From positions 7,110,123-7,174,122 of the forward strand of contig NC_090412.1 in NCBI RefSeq assembly GCF_036365525.1: DNA of 64,000 nucleotides, written 5' to 3'. Positions within the stretch are counted from its first letter, which is position 1. The number at the start of each line of letters is the position of its first letter. Shown here piece after piece: positions 38,263-50,232 of this stretch. Origin of the DNA: Heterodontus francisci (lineage: Eukaryota). The notes under the pieces are model-generated. The model ran no database searches. It saw nothing but the letters and a program-made list of their open reading frames with translations, and was not told the DNA's origin. Made by a program: the position numbers and the translations under genes.

Positions 38263-39190
38263 TGTATCTTGTCCTCAGCACGAGGGCGCAGCCGGCAGTG
38301 GGTAGAAGACAATACAAGCTCTGTTGGCCATTAAAACAAAGCAAACAAGATTTGCACCACACAAAAAAACTTCAATGAAACTTTACATTAACTAAAAGCT
38401 ATAGAACCCTCCGAAACGTGCTCTGTGATACTGTCACTCACAGATCATATCAGTAACAGAACCACCTGATGAATAAGAATTTTACAGAACAGAACAAAGC
38501 CATTCAGCCCATTATTCCGGAAGTAGCTCTTTGAAAGAGCTAACCAATTAAATCACATTCCTTTGTCCTTTCTCCACACACTTAAAAATGTTTCATTTTT
38601 GTAACATTTATGTATTTCCCTTTTAAAAACTGGTATGGGTTCTGATTCCATCACGGTTGCTGGTCGAAAACTCCCAAGTCCTAACCTCCTCATTTGATAT
38701 TAAATTGAAGTTCTCTCTCCTTTCCGACTCACCAACCAGAGGAAACCTTATGTGGCTGTGAGAAATTCTGCCTGATGATACACCTTGGTACATGTGACTA
38801 TGTTCATCTACACCTTTGTTACCTGTAGACGTGACTATTCCAAGACACTCCTGGCTGGTCCCCCACATTCCACCCTCCACAAACTTGAGGTCATCCAAAA
38901 CTCTGCCGTCCGTGTCCTTACTCGCACTAAGTCCTGATCACCCATCATCCCAGTCTCCGTTGGTTCCTTGTCAAGCAACGCCTTGACGTTAACAGTCCCA
39001 TCCTGGTTTTCAAATCCCTCCATGGCTTCCTATCTCTAATCTCCTCCAGTCCTACAATTCTCAGATATTTGCGTTCATCTAATTCAGGCCTCTTCAGCAT
39101 CCCTTATTTTAATCATTCCACCCCACCCAACAACCCAGCCCTCCAACCACACCCACCTCCCCCCTTCACAACCCCTAAAACCTCACCTCC

Positions 39191-39203
39191 NNNNNNNNNN
39201 NNN
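39191..39203. other. Assembly gap (13 N)
   Basis: Run of n characters. Confidence 0.99.
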
Positions 39204-42200
39204 TTCTTCTTCCCCCCCCCCCCCGTCTTCTTCCCCCCCCGTCTTCTTCCCCCCCCGTCTTCTTCCCCCCCCCGTCTTCTTCCCCCCCCCCGTCTTCTTC
39301 CCCCCCCCCGTCTTCTTCCCCCCCCCCCCCCGTCTTCTTCCCCCCCCGTCTTCTTCCCCCCCCGTCTTCTTCCCCCCCCGTCTTCTTCCCCCCCCGTCGT
39401 CTTCCCCCCCGTCGTCTTCCCCCCCGTCTTTCCCCCCCCGTCTTTCCCCCCCCCGTCTTTCCCCCCCCCCGTCTTTCCCCCCCCCCGTCTTTCCCCCCCC
39501 CCGTCTTTCCCCCCCCCCGTCTTTCCCCCCCCCCCGTCTTTCCCCCCCCCCGTCTTTCCCCCCCCCCGTCTTTCCCCCCCCCCGTCTTTCCCCCCCCCCC
39601 GTCTTTCCCCCCCCCCCCGTCTTTCTCCCCCCCCCCCCCCCCCCGTCTTTCTCCCCCCCCCCCCCCCCGGTCTTTCTCCCCCCCCCCCGGTCTTTCTCCC
39701 CCCCCCCCCCGTCTTCCCCCCCCCCCCCTGTCTTCCCCCCCCCCCCTGTCTTTTCCCCCCCCCCCCCCCCGGCTTCCCCCCCCCCCTCCCCCCCCCCCGG
39801 CTTTCCCCCCCCCCCCCCGTCTTCCCCCCCCCCCCCCCCCCCCCGGCTTTCCCCCCCCCCCCCCGGCTTTCCCCCCCCCCCCCCCCCCGGCTTCCCCCCC
39901 CCCCCACCCCCGGCTTTCTCCCCCCCCCCCCCCGGCTTTCCCCCCCCCCCCCCGGCTTTCCCCCCCCCCCCCCGGCTTTCCCCCCCCCCCCCGGCTTTCC
40001 CCCCCCCCCCGGCTTTCCCCCCCCCCCCCCGGCTTTCCCCCCCCCCCCCCCGGCTTTCCCCCCCCCCGGCTTTCCCCCCCCCCCGGCTTTCCCCCCCCCC
40101 CGGCTTTCCCCCCCCCCCCGGCTTTCCCCCCCCCCCCGGCTTTCCCCCCCCCCCGGCTTTCCCCCCCCCCCCGGCTTTCCCCCCCCCCCCGGCTTTCCCC
40201 CCCCCCCCCGGCTTTCCCCCCCCCCCCCGGCTTTCCCCCCCCCCCCCGGCTTTCCCCCCCCCCCCGGCTTTCCCCCCCCCCCGGCTTTCCCCCCCCCCGT
40301 CTTTCCCCCCCCCCGTCTTTCCCCCCCCCCGTCTTTCCCCCCCCCGTCTTTCCCCCCCCCCGTCTTTCCCCCCCCCCGTCTTTCCCCCCCCCCGTCTTTC
40401 CCCCCCCCGTCTTTCCCCCCCCCGTCTTTCCCCCCCCCCGTCTTTCCCCCCCCCGTCTTCCCCCCCCCGTCTTCCCCCCCCCCGTCTTCCCCCCCCCCGT
40501 CTTCCCCCCCCCCCGTCTTCCCCCCCCCCGTCTTTTCCCCCCCCGTCTTTTCCCCCCCCGTCTTTTCCCCCCCTTCTTTTCCCCCCCTTCTTTTTCCCCC
40601 CCTTCTTTTTCCCCCCCGTCTTTTTCCCCCCCTTCTTTTTCCCCCCCCGTCTCCCCCCCCCCCGTCTCCCCCCCCCCGTCTCCCCCCCCCCGTCTCTCCC
40701 CCCCCCGTCTCTCCCCCCCCCCGTCTCTCCCCCCCCCCCGTCTCTCCCCCCCCCCCGTCTCTCCCCCCCCCCCGTCTCCCCCCCCCCGTCTCCCCCCCCC
40801 CCGTCTCCCCCCCCCCCGTCTCCCCCCCCCCCGTCTCCCCCCCCCCCCGTCTTCTTCCCCCCCCCCCCGTCTTCTTCCCCCCCCCCCCGTCTTCTTCCCC
40901 CCCCCCCCCGTCTTCTCCCCCCCGTCTTCTTCCCCCCCCGTCTTCTTCCCCCCCCGTCTTCTTCCCCCCCCCCGTCTTCTTCCCCCCCCCCCCGTCTTCT
41001 TCCCCCCCCCCCGTCTTCTTCCCCCCCCGTCTTCTTCCCCCCCCGTCTTCTTCCCCCCCCGTCTTCTTCCCCCCCCCGTCTTCCCCCCCGTCTTTCCCCC
41101 CGTCTTTCCCCCCGTCTTTCCCCCCCGTCTTTCCCCCCGTCTTTCCCCCCCGTCTTTCCCCCCCGTCTTTCCCCCCCGTCTTTCCCCCCCGTCTTTCCCC
41201 CCCCCGTCTTTCCCCCCCCCGTCTTTCCCCCCCCCCGTCTTTCCCCCCCCCGTCTTTCCCCCCCCCCCCCCGTCTTTCCCCCCCCCCCCGTCTTTCCCCC
41301 CCCCCCCCGTCTTTCCCCCCCCCCCCCGTCTTTCCCCCCCCCCCCGTCTTTCCCCCCCCCCGTCTTTCCCCCCCCCCTTCTTTCCCCCCCCCGTCTTTCC
41401 CCCCCCCCGTCTTTCTCCCCCCCCCCGTCTTTCTCCCCCCCCCCCGTCTTTCTCCCCCCCCCGTCTTTCCCCCCCCCCCGTCTTTCCCCCCCCCCGTCTT
41501 TCCCCCCCCCCCGTCTTTCCCCCCCCCCGTCTTTCCCCCCCCCCCGTCTTCCCCCCCCCCCCGTCTTTCCCCCCCCCCCCGTCTTTTCCCCCCCCCCCCC
41601 CGTCTTTTCCCCCCCCCCCCGTCTTTTCCCCCCCCCCGTCTTTTCCCCCCCCCCCCGTCTTTCCCCCCCCCCCCCCGGTCTTTCTCCCCCCCCCCCCCCC
41701 CCGGTCTTTCTCCCCCCCCCCCCCCCCCGGTCTTTCTCCCCCCCCCCCCCCCCCCGGTCTTTCTCCCCCCCCCCCCCCCCCCCCCGGTCTTTCTCCCCCC
41801 CCCCCCGTCTTCCCCCCCCCCCCCGTCTTCCCCCCCCCCCCCGTCTTCCCCCCCCCCCCGTCTTCCCCCCCCCCCCGTCTTTCCCCCCCCCCCCCCCCCC
41901 GGCTTTCCCCCCCCCGGCTTCCCCCCCCCCCCCCCCCCGGCTTTCCCCCCCCCCCCGGCTTTCCCCCCCCCCCCCGCCCCCGGCTTTCCCCCCCCCCCCG
42001 GCTTTCCCCCCCCCCGGCTTTCCCCCCCCCCGGCTTTCCCCCCCCCCGGCTTTCCCCCCCCCGGCTTTCCCCCCCCGGCTTTCCCCCCCCCCGGCTTTCC
42101 CCCCCCCCGGCTTTCCCCCCCCCGGCTTTCCCCCCCCCGGCTTTCCCCCCCCCGGCTTTCCCCCCCCCCGGCTTTCCCCCCCCCCGGCTTTCCCCCCCCC

Positions 42201-45200
42201 CGGCTTTCCCCCCCCCCGGCTTTCCCCCCCCCGGCTTTCCCCCCCCCCGGCTTTCCCCCCCCCCGGCTTTCCCCCCCCCCGGCTTTCCCCCCCCCGGCTT
42301 TCCCCCCCCCCGGCTTTCCCCCCCCCCGGCTTTCCCCCCCCCCGTCTTTCCCCCCCCGTCTTTTCCCCCCCCCGTCTTTTCCCCCCCCCGTCTTTTCCCC
42401 CCCCCGTCTTTTCCCCCCCCCGTCTTTTCCCCCCCTTCTTTTTCCCCCCCTTCTTTTTCCCCCCCTTCTTTTTCCCCCCCTTCTTTTTCCCCCCCGTCTT
42501 TTTCCCCCCCCTTCTTTTTCCCCCCCCGTCTTTTTCCCCCCCCGTCTTTTTCCCCCCCCGTCTTTTCCCCCCCCCGTCTTTTCCCCCCCCCGTCTTTTTT
42601 CCCCCCCCGTCTTTTTTCCCCCCCCCGTCTTTTTTCCCCCCCCGTCTTTTTTCCCCCCCCCGTCTTTTTTCCCCCCCCCGTCTTTTTTCCCCCCCCCGTC
42701 TTTTTTCCCCCCCCGTCTTTTTTCCCCCCCCCGTCTTTTTTCCCCCCCCCGTCTTTTTCCCCCCCCCGTCTTTTTTCCCCCCCCCCGTCTTTTTCCCCCC
42801 CCCCGTCTTTTTCCCCCCCCCCGTCTTTTCCCCCCCCCGTCTTTTTCCCCCCCCCCGTCTTTTTCCCCCCCCCCGTCTTTTTCCCCCCCCCGTCTTTTTC
42901 CCCCCCCCCGTCTTTTTCCCCCCCCCCGTCTTTTTCCCCCCCCCGTCTTTTTCCCCCCCCCCGTCTTTTTCCCCCCCCCGTCTTTTTCCCCCCCCCCCGT
43001 CTTTTCCCCCCCCCCCGTCTTTTCCCCCCCCCCCGTCTTTTTCCCCCCCCCCGTCTTTTTCCCCCCCCGTCTTTTTCCCCCCCCGTCTTTTTCCCCCCCG
43101 TCTTTTTCCCCCCCCGTCTTTTTCCCCCCCGTCTTTTTCCCCCCCCGTCTTTTTCCCCCCCCGTCTTTTTCCCCCCCCGTCTTTTTCCCCCCCCGTCTTT
43201 TTCCCCCCCCCCGTCTTTTTCCCCCCCCCGTCTTTCCCCCCCCCCCGTCTTTTCCCCCCCCCGTCTTTTCCCCCCCCCGTCTTTTCCCCCCCCCGTCTTT
43301 TCCCCCCCCCCGTCTTTCCCCCCCCCCCGTCTTCCCCCCCCCCCCGTCTTCCCCCCCCCCCCGTCTTCCCCCCCCCCCCCGTCTTTCCCCCCCCCCGTCT
43401 TTCCCCCCCCCCCGTCTCTTCCCCCCCCCGTCTCTTCCCCCCCCCGTCTCTTCCCCCCCCCGTCTCTTCCCCCCCCGTCTCTTCCCCCCCCCGTCTCTTC
43501 CCCCCCCCGTCTCTTCCCCCCCCGTCTCTTCCCCCCCCCGTCTCTTCCCCCCCCCCGTCTCTTCCCCCCCCCGTCTCTTCCCCCCCCCCGTCTTTTCCCC
43601 CCCCCCGTCTTTTCCCCCCCCCCGTCTTTTCCCCCCCCCCCGTCTTTTCCCCCCCCCCCGTCTTTTCCCCCCCCCCGTCTTTCCCCCCCCCCGTCTTTTC
43701 CCCCCCCCCGTCTTTTCCCCCCCCCCGTCTTTTCCCCCCCCCCGTCTTTTCCCCCCCCCCGTCTTTCCCCCCCCCCGTCTTTTCCCCCCCCCGTCTTTTC
43801 CCCCCCCCCGTCTTTTCCCCCCCCCCCGTCTTTTCCCCCCCCCCCCGTCTTTTCCCCCCCCCCGTCTTTTCCCCCCCCGTCTTTTCCCCCCCGTCTTTTC
43901 CCCCCCCGTCTTTTCCCCCCCCCCGTCTTTTCCCCCCCCCGTCTTTTCCCCCCCCCGTCTTTTCCCCCCCCCGTCTTTTCCCCCCCCCCGTCTTTTCTCC
44001 CCCCCCGTCTTTCCCCCCCCCGTCTTTCCCCCCCCCCGTCTTTCCCCCCCCCGTCTTTCCCCCCCGTCTTTCCCTCCCCCCCCCGTCTTTCCCTCCCCCC
44101 CCGTCTTTCCCTCCCCCCCCGTCTTTCCCTCCCCCCCCCCCGTCTTTCCCTCCCCCCCCCCGTCTTTCCCCCCCCCCGTCTTTTCCCCCCCCCGTCTTTT
44201 CTCCCCCCCCCGTCTTTCCCCCCCGTCTTTCCCTCCCCCCCCCGTCTTTCCCTCCCCCCCCCCGTCTTTCCCTCCCCCCCCCGTCTTTCCCTCCCCCCCC
44301 CGTCTTTCCCTCCCCCCCCCGTCTTTCCCTCCCCCCCCGTCTTTCCCTCCCCCCCCGTCTTTCCCTCCCCCCCCGTCTTTCCCTCCCCCCCCCGTCTTTC
44401 CCTCCCCCCCCCGTCTTTCCCTCCCCCCCCGTCTTTCCCTCCCCCCCCGTCTTTCCCTCCCCCCCCGTCTTTCCCTCCCCCCCCGTCTTTCCCTCCCCCC
44501 CCGTCTTTCCCTCCCCCCCCGTCTTTCCCTCCCCCCCCGTCTTTCCCTCCCCCCCCGTCTTTCCCTCCCCCCCCGTCTTTCCCTCCCCCCCCGTCTTTCC
44601 CTCCCCCCCCGTCTTTCCCTCCCCCCCGTCTTTCCCTCCCCCCCCGTCTTTCCCTCCCCCCCCGTCTTTCCCTCCCCCCCCGTCTTTCCCTCCCCCCCCG
44701 TCTTTCCCTCCCCCCCCGTCTTTCCCTCCCCCCCCGTCTTTCCCTCCCCCCCCGTCTTTCCCTCCCCCCCCGTCTTTCCCTCCCCCCCCGTCTTTCCCTC
44801 CCCCCCCGTCTTTCCCTCCCCCCCCGTCTTTCCCTCCCCCCCCGTCTTTCCCTCCCCCCCCGTCTTTCCCTCCCCCCCCGTCTTTCCCTCCCCCCCCGTC
44901 TTTCCCTCCCCCCCCGTCTTTCCCTCCCCCCCCGTCTTTCCCTCCCCCCCGTCTTTCCCTCCCCCCCGTCTTTCCCTCCCCCCCGTCTTTCCCTCCCCCC
45001 CCGTCTTTCCCTCCCCCCCGTCTTTCCCTCCCCCCCCGTCTTTCCCTCCCCCCCCGTCTTTCCCTCCCCCCCCGTCTTTCCCTCCCCCCCCGTCTTTCCC
45101 TCCCCCCCCGTCTTTCCCTCCCCCCCCGTCTTTCCCTCCCCCCCCGTCTTTCCCTCCCCCCCCGTCTTTCCCTCCCCCCCCGTCTTTCCCTCCCCCCCCG

Positions 45201-46710
45201 TCTTTCCCTCCCCCCCCGTCTTTCCCTCCCCCCCCGTCTTTCCCTCCCCCCCCGTCTTTCCCTCCCCCCCCGTCTTTCCCTCCCCCCCCGTCTTTCCCTC
45301 CCCCCCCGTCTTTCCCTCCCCCCCCGTCTTTCCCTCCCCCCCCCGTCTTTCCCTCCCCCCCCCGTCTTTCCCTCCCCCCCCGTCTTTCCCTCCCCCCCCC
45401 GTCTTTCCCTCCCCCCCCGTCTTTCCCTCCCCCCCCCGTCTTTCCCTGCCCCCCCCGTCTTTCCCTGCCCCCCCCGTCTTTCCCTGCCCCCCCCGTCTTT
45501 CCCTGCCCCCCCCGTCTTTCCCTGCCCCCCCCCGTCTTTCCCTGCCCCCCCCGTCTTTCCCTGCCCCCCCCCGTCTTTCCCTGCCCCCCCCCGTCTTTCC
45601 CTGCCCCCCCCCGTCTTTCCCTGCCCCCCCCCGTCTTTCCCTGCCCCCCCCCGTCTTTCCCTGCCCCCCCCCGTCTTTCCCTGCCCCCCCCCGTCTTTCC
45701 CTGCCCCCCCCCGTCTTTCCCTGCCCCCCCCCGTCTTTCCCTGCCCCCCCCCGTCTTTCCCTGCCCCCCCCCGTCTTTCCCTGCCCCCCCCCGTCTTTCC
45801 CTGCCCCCCCCCGTCTTTCCCTGCCCCCCCCCGTCTTTCCCTGCCCCCCCCCGTCTTTCCCTGCCCCCCCCCGTCTTTCCCTGCCCCCCCCCGTCTTTCC
45901 CTGCCCCCCCCCGTCTTTCCCTGCCCCCCCCCCGTCTTTCCCTGCCCCCCCCCGTCTTTCCCTGCCCCCCCCCGTCTTTCCCTGCCCCCCCCCGTCTTTC
46001 CCTGCCCCCCCCCGTCTTTCCCTGCCCCCCCCCGTCTTTCCCTGCCCCCCCCCGTCTTTCCCTGCCCCCCCCCGTCTTTCCCTGCCCCCCCCCGTCTTTC
46101 CCTGCCCCCCCCCGTCTTTCCCTGCCCCCCCCGTCTTTCCCTGCCCCCCCCCGTCTTTCCCTGCCCCCCCCCGTCTTTCCCTGCCCCCCCCCGTCTTTCC
46201 CTGCCCCCCCCCGTCTTTCCCTGCCCCCCCCCGTCTTTCCCTGCCCCCCCCCGTCTTTCCCTGCCCCCCCCGTCTTTCCCTGCCCCCCCCCGTCTTTCCC
46301 TGCCCCCCCCCGTCTTTCCCTGCCCCCCCCCGTCTTTCCCTGCCCCCCCCCGTCTTTCCCTGCCCCCCCCCGTCTTTCCCTGCCCCCCCCCGTCTTTCCC
46401 CCCCCCGTCTTTCCCCCCCCCCGTCTTTCCCCCCCCCCGTCTTTCCCCCCCCCCGTCTTTCCCCCCCCCCGTCTTTCCCCCCCCCCCCCGTCTTTCCCCC
46501 CCCCGTCTTTCCCCCCCCGTCTTTCCCCCCCCCGTCTTTCCCCCCCCCGTCTTTCCCCCCCCCGTCTTTCCCCCCCCCGTCTTTCCCCCCCCCGTCTTTC
46601 CCCCCCCCGTCTTTCCCCCCCCCGTCTTTCCCCCCCCCGTCTTTCCCCCCCCGTCTTTCCCCCCCCGTCTTTCCCCCCCCCGTCTTTCCCCCCCCCCCGT
46701 CTTTTTCCCC
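39204..46710. repeat. 7.5 kb C-rich polypyrimidine tandem repeat (units ~14-21 bp, core C(n)G[T/G]CTTT)
   Basis: Plus strand essentially lacks A; near-perfect 19-mer (~44400-45430) and 20-mer ccgtctttccctgccccccc (~45440-46390) blocks; more irregular toward the gap. Confidence 0.97.
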
Positions 46711-46866
46711 ATATAACGTCACTTCTGTAAAATAAACTTTGTTGAGGAATGAAGAGAAAAATGAATACGCGTACAGATGAAATGTGCTGTTTGGGAGAAT
46801 TTGCTCGCGGGCACTTGTGAAATGAAGTGGACTGTATTTTCCAAAGTTTTGTTCCTGTTTTGGCAG

Positions 46867-47796
46867 ATGCCACCGAGAGGTTCCTGTGCGAAGCAGTTTT
46901 CAGCTATCAGGTGGCTCACACGTTGAGGCAGGTCAAGCGAGGTAAAGTCACAGGTGGAAGGAGTATATTTCATCCAACACATTTTACACTCCAAAAACAA
47001 TCTTGTGTGGCCTCTACTTCTCTTTCAGAAATACCTCTATATCTTTTCGTGACAGAAATGCAAGATTTAAATTTATATAGCGTTTCACCCATTCTCTCAA
47101 AATATCAGTGATTCATGCAATGAATTAATTTGTAAATTATGTACTTTGGGCAAATGCAGCATGCACTTTGCTTTGAGCAGTATTGAGATAAATGAGCAAT
47201 TAATATGTTTCTTGTATTTGTTGAGGGAAGAATATTGGCCATGGATGGCAAACATTTTAAAGAGTTTTGACAGCTGTCAGATTTCAAATTCTATGTTCTG
47301 GAAGGAGCCCAGTTGTGTGTGAATAGGTTTTTCAGCAGATAATCATTTTTGCAAATCTGTACCTATCTGAATATTCATAAAATCTCCACAAACACCAAAT
47401 TCCATCATTTTTGACAAACATGCCAGAGGAGAACATCTTTCTGCTTAAATGGCTGGCAGGCTATCAGTGTGAAATCAGCAAATGTGAGATTAGCTTGGAA
47501 GGGGAAACTAAAGCTTCCACTTTTTTTATTTATTGAGAAACTAAGTTGGATTTGTCCCAAAATACAACCATTTTACATTAGGAAACAAGCTATGACACTT
47601 TACATACCAAAACAAATGTGAACTTGCAATAGAAACATTTCTCCCAATTATAATTTCATTTATTCCTTCTTCCCCCTTAGAGCAACAGTGCTCACGGATG
47701 GAGAAACTGGCCAGTTTGGTCGAGGAGTTGGAGGCAGATGAATGGCGCTACAAACCAATCGAACAGCTGCTGGGATTCACTCCTTCCTCTGGATGA
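46867..47796 (+). CDS. ANAPC16: Anaphase-promoting complex subunit 16, last two coding exons (46867-46941, 47681-47796); first coding exon not visible
   Basis: [26 protein letters not shown] + [37 protein letters not shown], near-identical to the recalled human APC16 C-terminus; canonical splice sites; TGA at 47794-47796. Confidence 0.96.
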
Positions 47797-48028
47797 GATG
47801 AAATGGACTGGGTTTTGTTCACCAATTTGAAAGCATTATGCTTCTTGGCAGATTGAAACAGAGAAAAATGCAAAATTATTTTTCTCTAAAAATGTGCACT
47901 AGTGAGTGTTTCAAAAACTGTTTTTAAATGTACATGTTTAACGTGGGTTCCTGTGTTCAGGGGATTTATTTGGGACATTCAAGACTTTTTAAAAATGGTG
48001 TATGGATCTATGAGCTGGACTGTTAATT

Positions 48029-48034
48029 AATAAA
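48029..48034 (+). terminator. Probable ANAPC16 polyadenylation signal
   Basis: AATAAA about 230 nt after the stop codon. Confidence 0.6.
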
Positions 48035-49009
48035 TGTTGACATTATTTGACAAACTAATTTCTTGGGCTGAATGCTAAATTCAGACAGAAAAGCTGAGGA
48101 TCTGGAAAACTGGTATTCCAGTTAAAATGTTTCACAACTTTTATTTGGAAGCCTAATCATTCTTGAAGGTAAATCCTCAGAACCTACTGGTGGTCCAACT
48201 GATCAAATACAGATCATAGTTGAAATATTGGGCCAGAATTTGCTGGAACAGGGCATCTTGCAATGAATCCTGAGTTTTTTTTCCCTCATCCTTCAGCTCA
48301 AAGATTGGATTGCAAGAGACAAGGGAAAAATGATGAAAAAAAGCTCTAGACACAATTTAGTACTTGCTGGAGTGAGGCTCCACAGTTTCAGTTGTTCCCT
48401 TTCTGGATATCCAAGGTTGAGTGGCATTGCAGAAACATGTCTTATCACTAAAACGATCTTTGTGTCATTGCATACCAGCCCCCCCTTCTGCAACGAGTTT
48501 AATTTGTTTTAACATGGCAAATGCAGCAACTTGTTGAAACTCGCTGGGAAGGTGATGGCGAGCTCTGGTTTGAGAGGTTAATGGCAAAGCATCACTAATC
48601 GTCCAGCACAACTTGTGGCAATTCACAACTCAGTCCATCACTTCTTTGCCATGACTCGCTGGGTCTTTTTACACAAAAATCTAATATATTGACCAGCTGC
48701 AAGTCGTTTTGTACCATCGGGTTAAATAGTTTAGCAACTGAACCATCAAGGTGGCTGTTATGTCCAGGTTTAACAGTTCGGTAAGAAGGAACCTCACTTC
48801 AATATGTGTTCTGGGCTTCATGTGATATGACTGACATTAAAGAGTTAGGTACCCGTTAAGGATGACCAGGTAGTCTTTTGGACACAAGACAGATGGGGAC
48901 AGAGGAATACATAAGGAATGGATAGCAGCCATCGTAGGTTGAGAGCTAACGACAGTCCGAAGTCACAACGCCCAGAGAAGCTAAGCTTTATCACCTTGGG
49001 TCTGCGTGA

Positions 49010-49712
49010 AAACAGGTTTTGGAGTTTATTGTATAACTGTAATAGTTATACTGTTAGCAATAAACTTGCAATTGACAATATGCTCAGGCCCGAACCACAA
49101 GGAATCATTTAATTTGAGTTTAAAGAAATTTCCTTACAGGTTCAAGAGGCTGAATGGTCTACTCCTGTTCCTCTGTAATGCACTCTGAGCCAGAGAACAT
49201 GGTGCTCTAAGACATTTCCCAAGTGGATTCCAAATCTTCAATTAGGTGACAGATGTGGGCAACTAAATGCAAAGACATGGGTATTTGTCATAGTACCGAT
49301 TTATTTCTATTGAAGAGCAAAATAAGTTACAACTGATTTCAGCCCCTGCATTAAGTACAATGTATATACAACTATAAATAATTTCCAAATCATTAATTCA
49401 ACACATCTGTTGATTTGCTCCATTAGAAGTGACTAGTGCACATGTACAAACTTGGTTCATGCGTAGTCATGTCTCTCCTGCTTTGCACTGTGCCGGTCTC
49501 CTACCCAATCGAGTGTTTCGCAGTCTGCACGGCAAGGTGCTGTCCAGGAGACCTTAGGCCTCTTTAATCCAGTTAATCAAAAAAGTCCAGTGGTGGGGTT
49601 GTTCATAGGTTGTGAGTATTTTCAGCAGTGTTGCTGGCTAATCAAAATCCAGTCTTAAGACAAATTTTAAGGGTCTTTTTTTAAGTCATCGTCGTCTCCA
49701 TTGCTATACCAT
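49010..49712 (-). other. DNAJB12: Probable non-coding terminal exon (3'UTR) of DNAJB12
   Basis: Strong acceptor ttccctctttatcttcag| ending at 49713; minus-strand AATAAA at 49300-49305 and 49025-49030; the 3' end is approximate. Confidence 0.65.
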
Positions 49713-50098
49713 CTGAAGATAAAGAGGGAAACAGTAGGAATAATCAAGTAATTTGAAAGAGTAATAGAAATTGTTTGACAAAAGCAAGTTAAATATATTG
49801 TTTATATGAATTAAAAGAAGTTTCAGTTCCTCCCACAAAATGTCTTTGTTGAAGGTGGCTCTCTCTCATTCTACCAATTCTTCACGTAATCCTGTAGTCC
49901 AACTCCAGGATTTGAGCACACAAAACAAAATCAAGGCTGACACTCTAGTGCAGTACTGAGAGAGTACTGCACTCTCTTGGATGAGATGTTCAACCGAGGC
50001 CCCGTCTGCCATGATCCCATGACACTATTCAGGCGGGGAGTTATCCCTGATGTCCTGGCCAATATTTATTCCTCAATCAACATCACAGAAACAGATGA

Positions 50099-50232
50099 AT
50101 AAAAGCAAAATACTGTAGATGCTGGAAATCTGAAATACAAACAAGAAATGCTGGAAATACTCAGCAGGTCTGGCAGCATCTGTGGAGAGAGAAGCAGAGT
50201 TAACGTTTCAGGTCAGTGACCCTTCATCAGAA
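50099..50232 (-). mobile_element. Short Penelope-derived insert inside a DeuSINE
   Basis: 10-bp duplication aaacagatga at 50089-50098 and 50245-50254; same family as 26379-26510, 52048-52172, 63336-63437. Confidence 0.8.
50198..50232 (-). ncRNA. Minimal type I hammerhead ribozyme (PLE-type), catalytic core intact
   Basis: Minus strand UU-CUGAUGA-A-GGGUC-ACU-GACCU-GAAA-CGUU-AACU: conserved core, 5-bp stem II, palindromic ACGU stem III; only 2 bp of stem I remain. Confidence 0.75.

Noticed and set aside
44400-46390. Regular 19-20 bp repeats as a CRISPR array
   Set aside because: No unique spacers, no cas genes, vertebrate context.
39069-46873. Four 2500-aa Pro-rich or Gly-rich ORFs (extensin- or collagen-like)
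   Set aside because: Artefact of a repeat lacking A on one strand and T on the other, so stop codons cannot occur; open in several frames and spanning an N gap.
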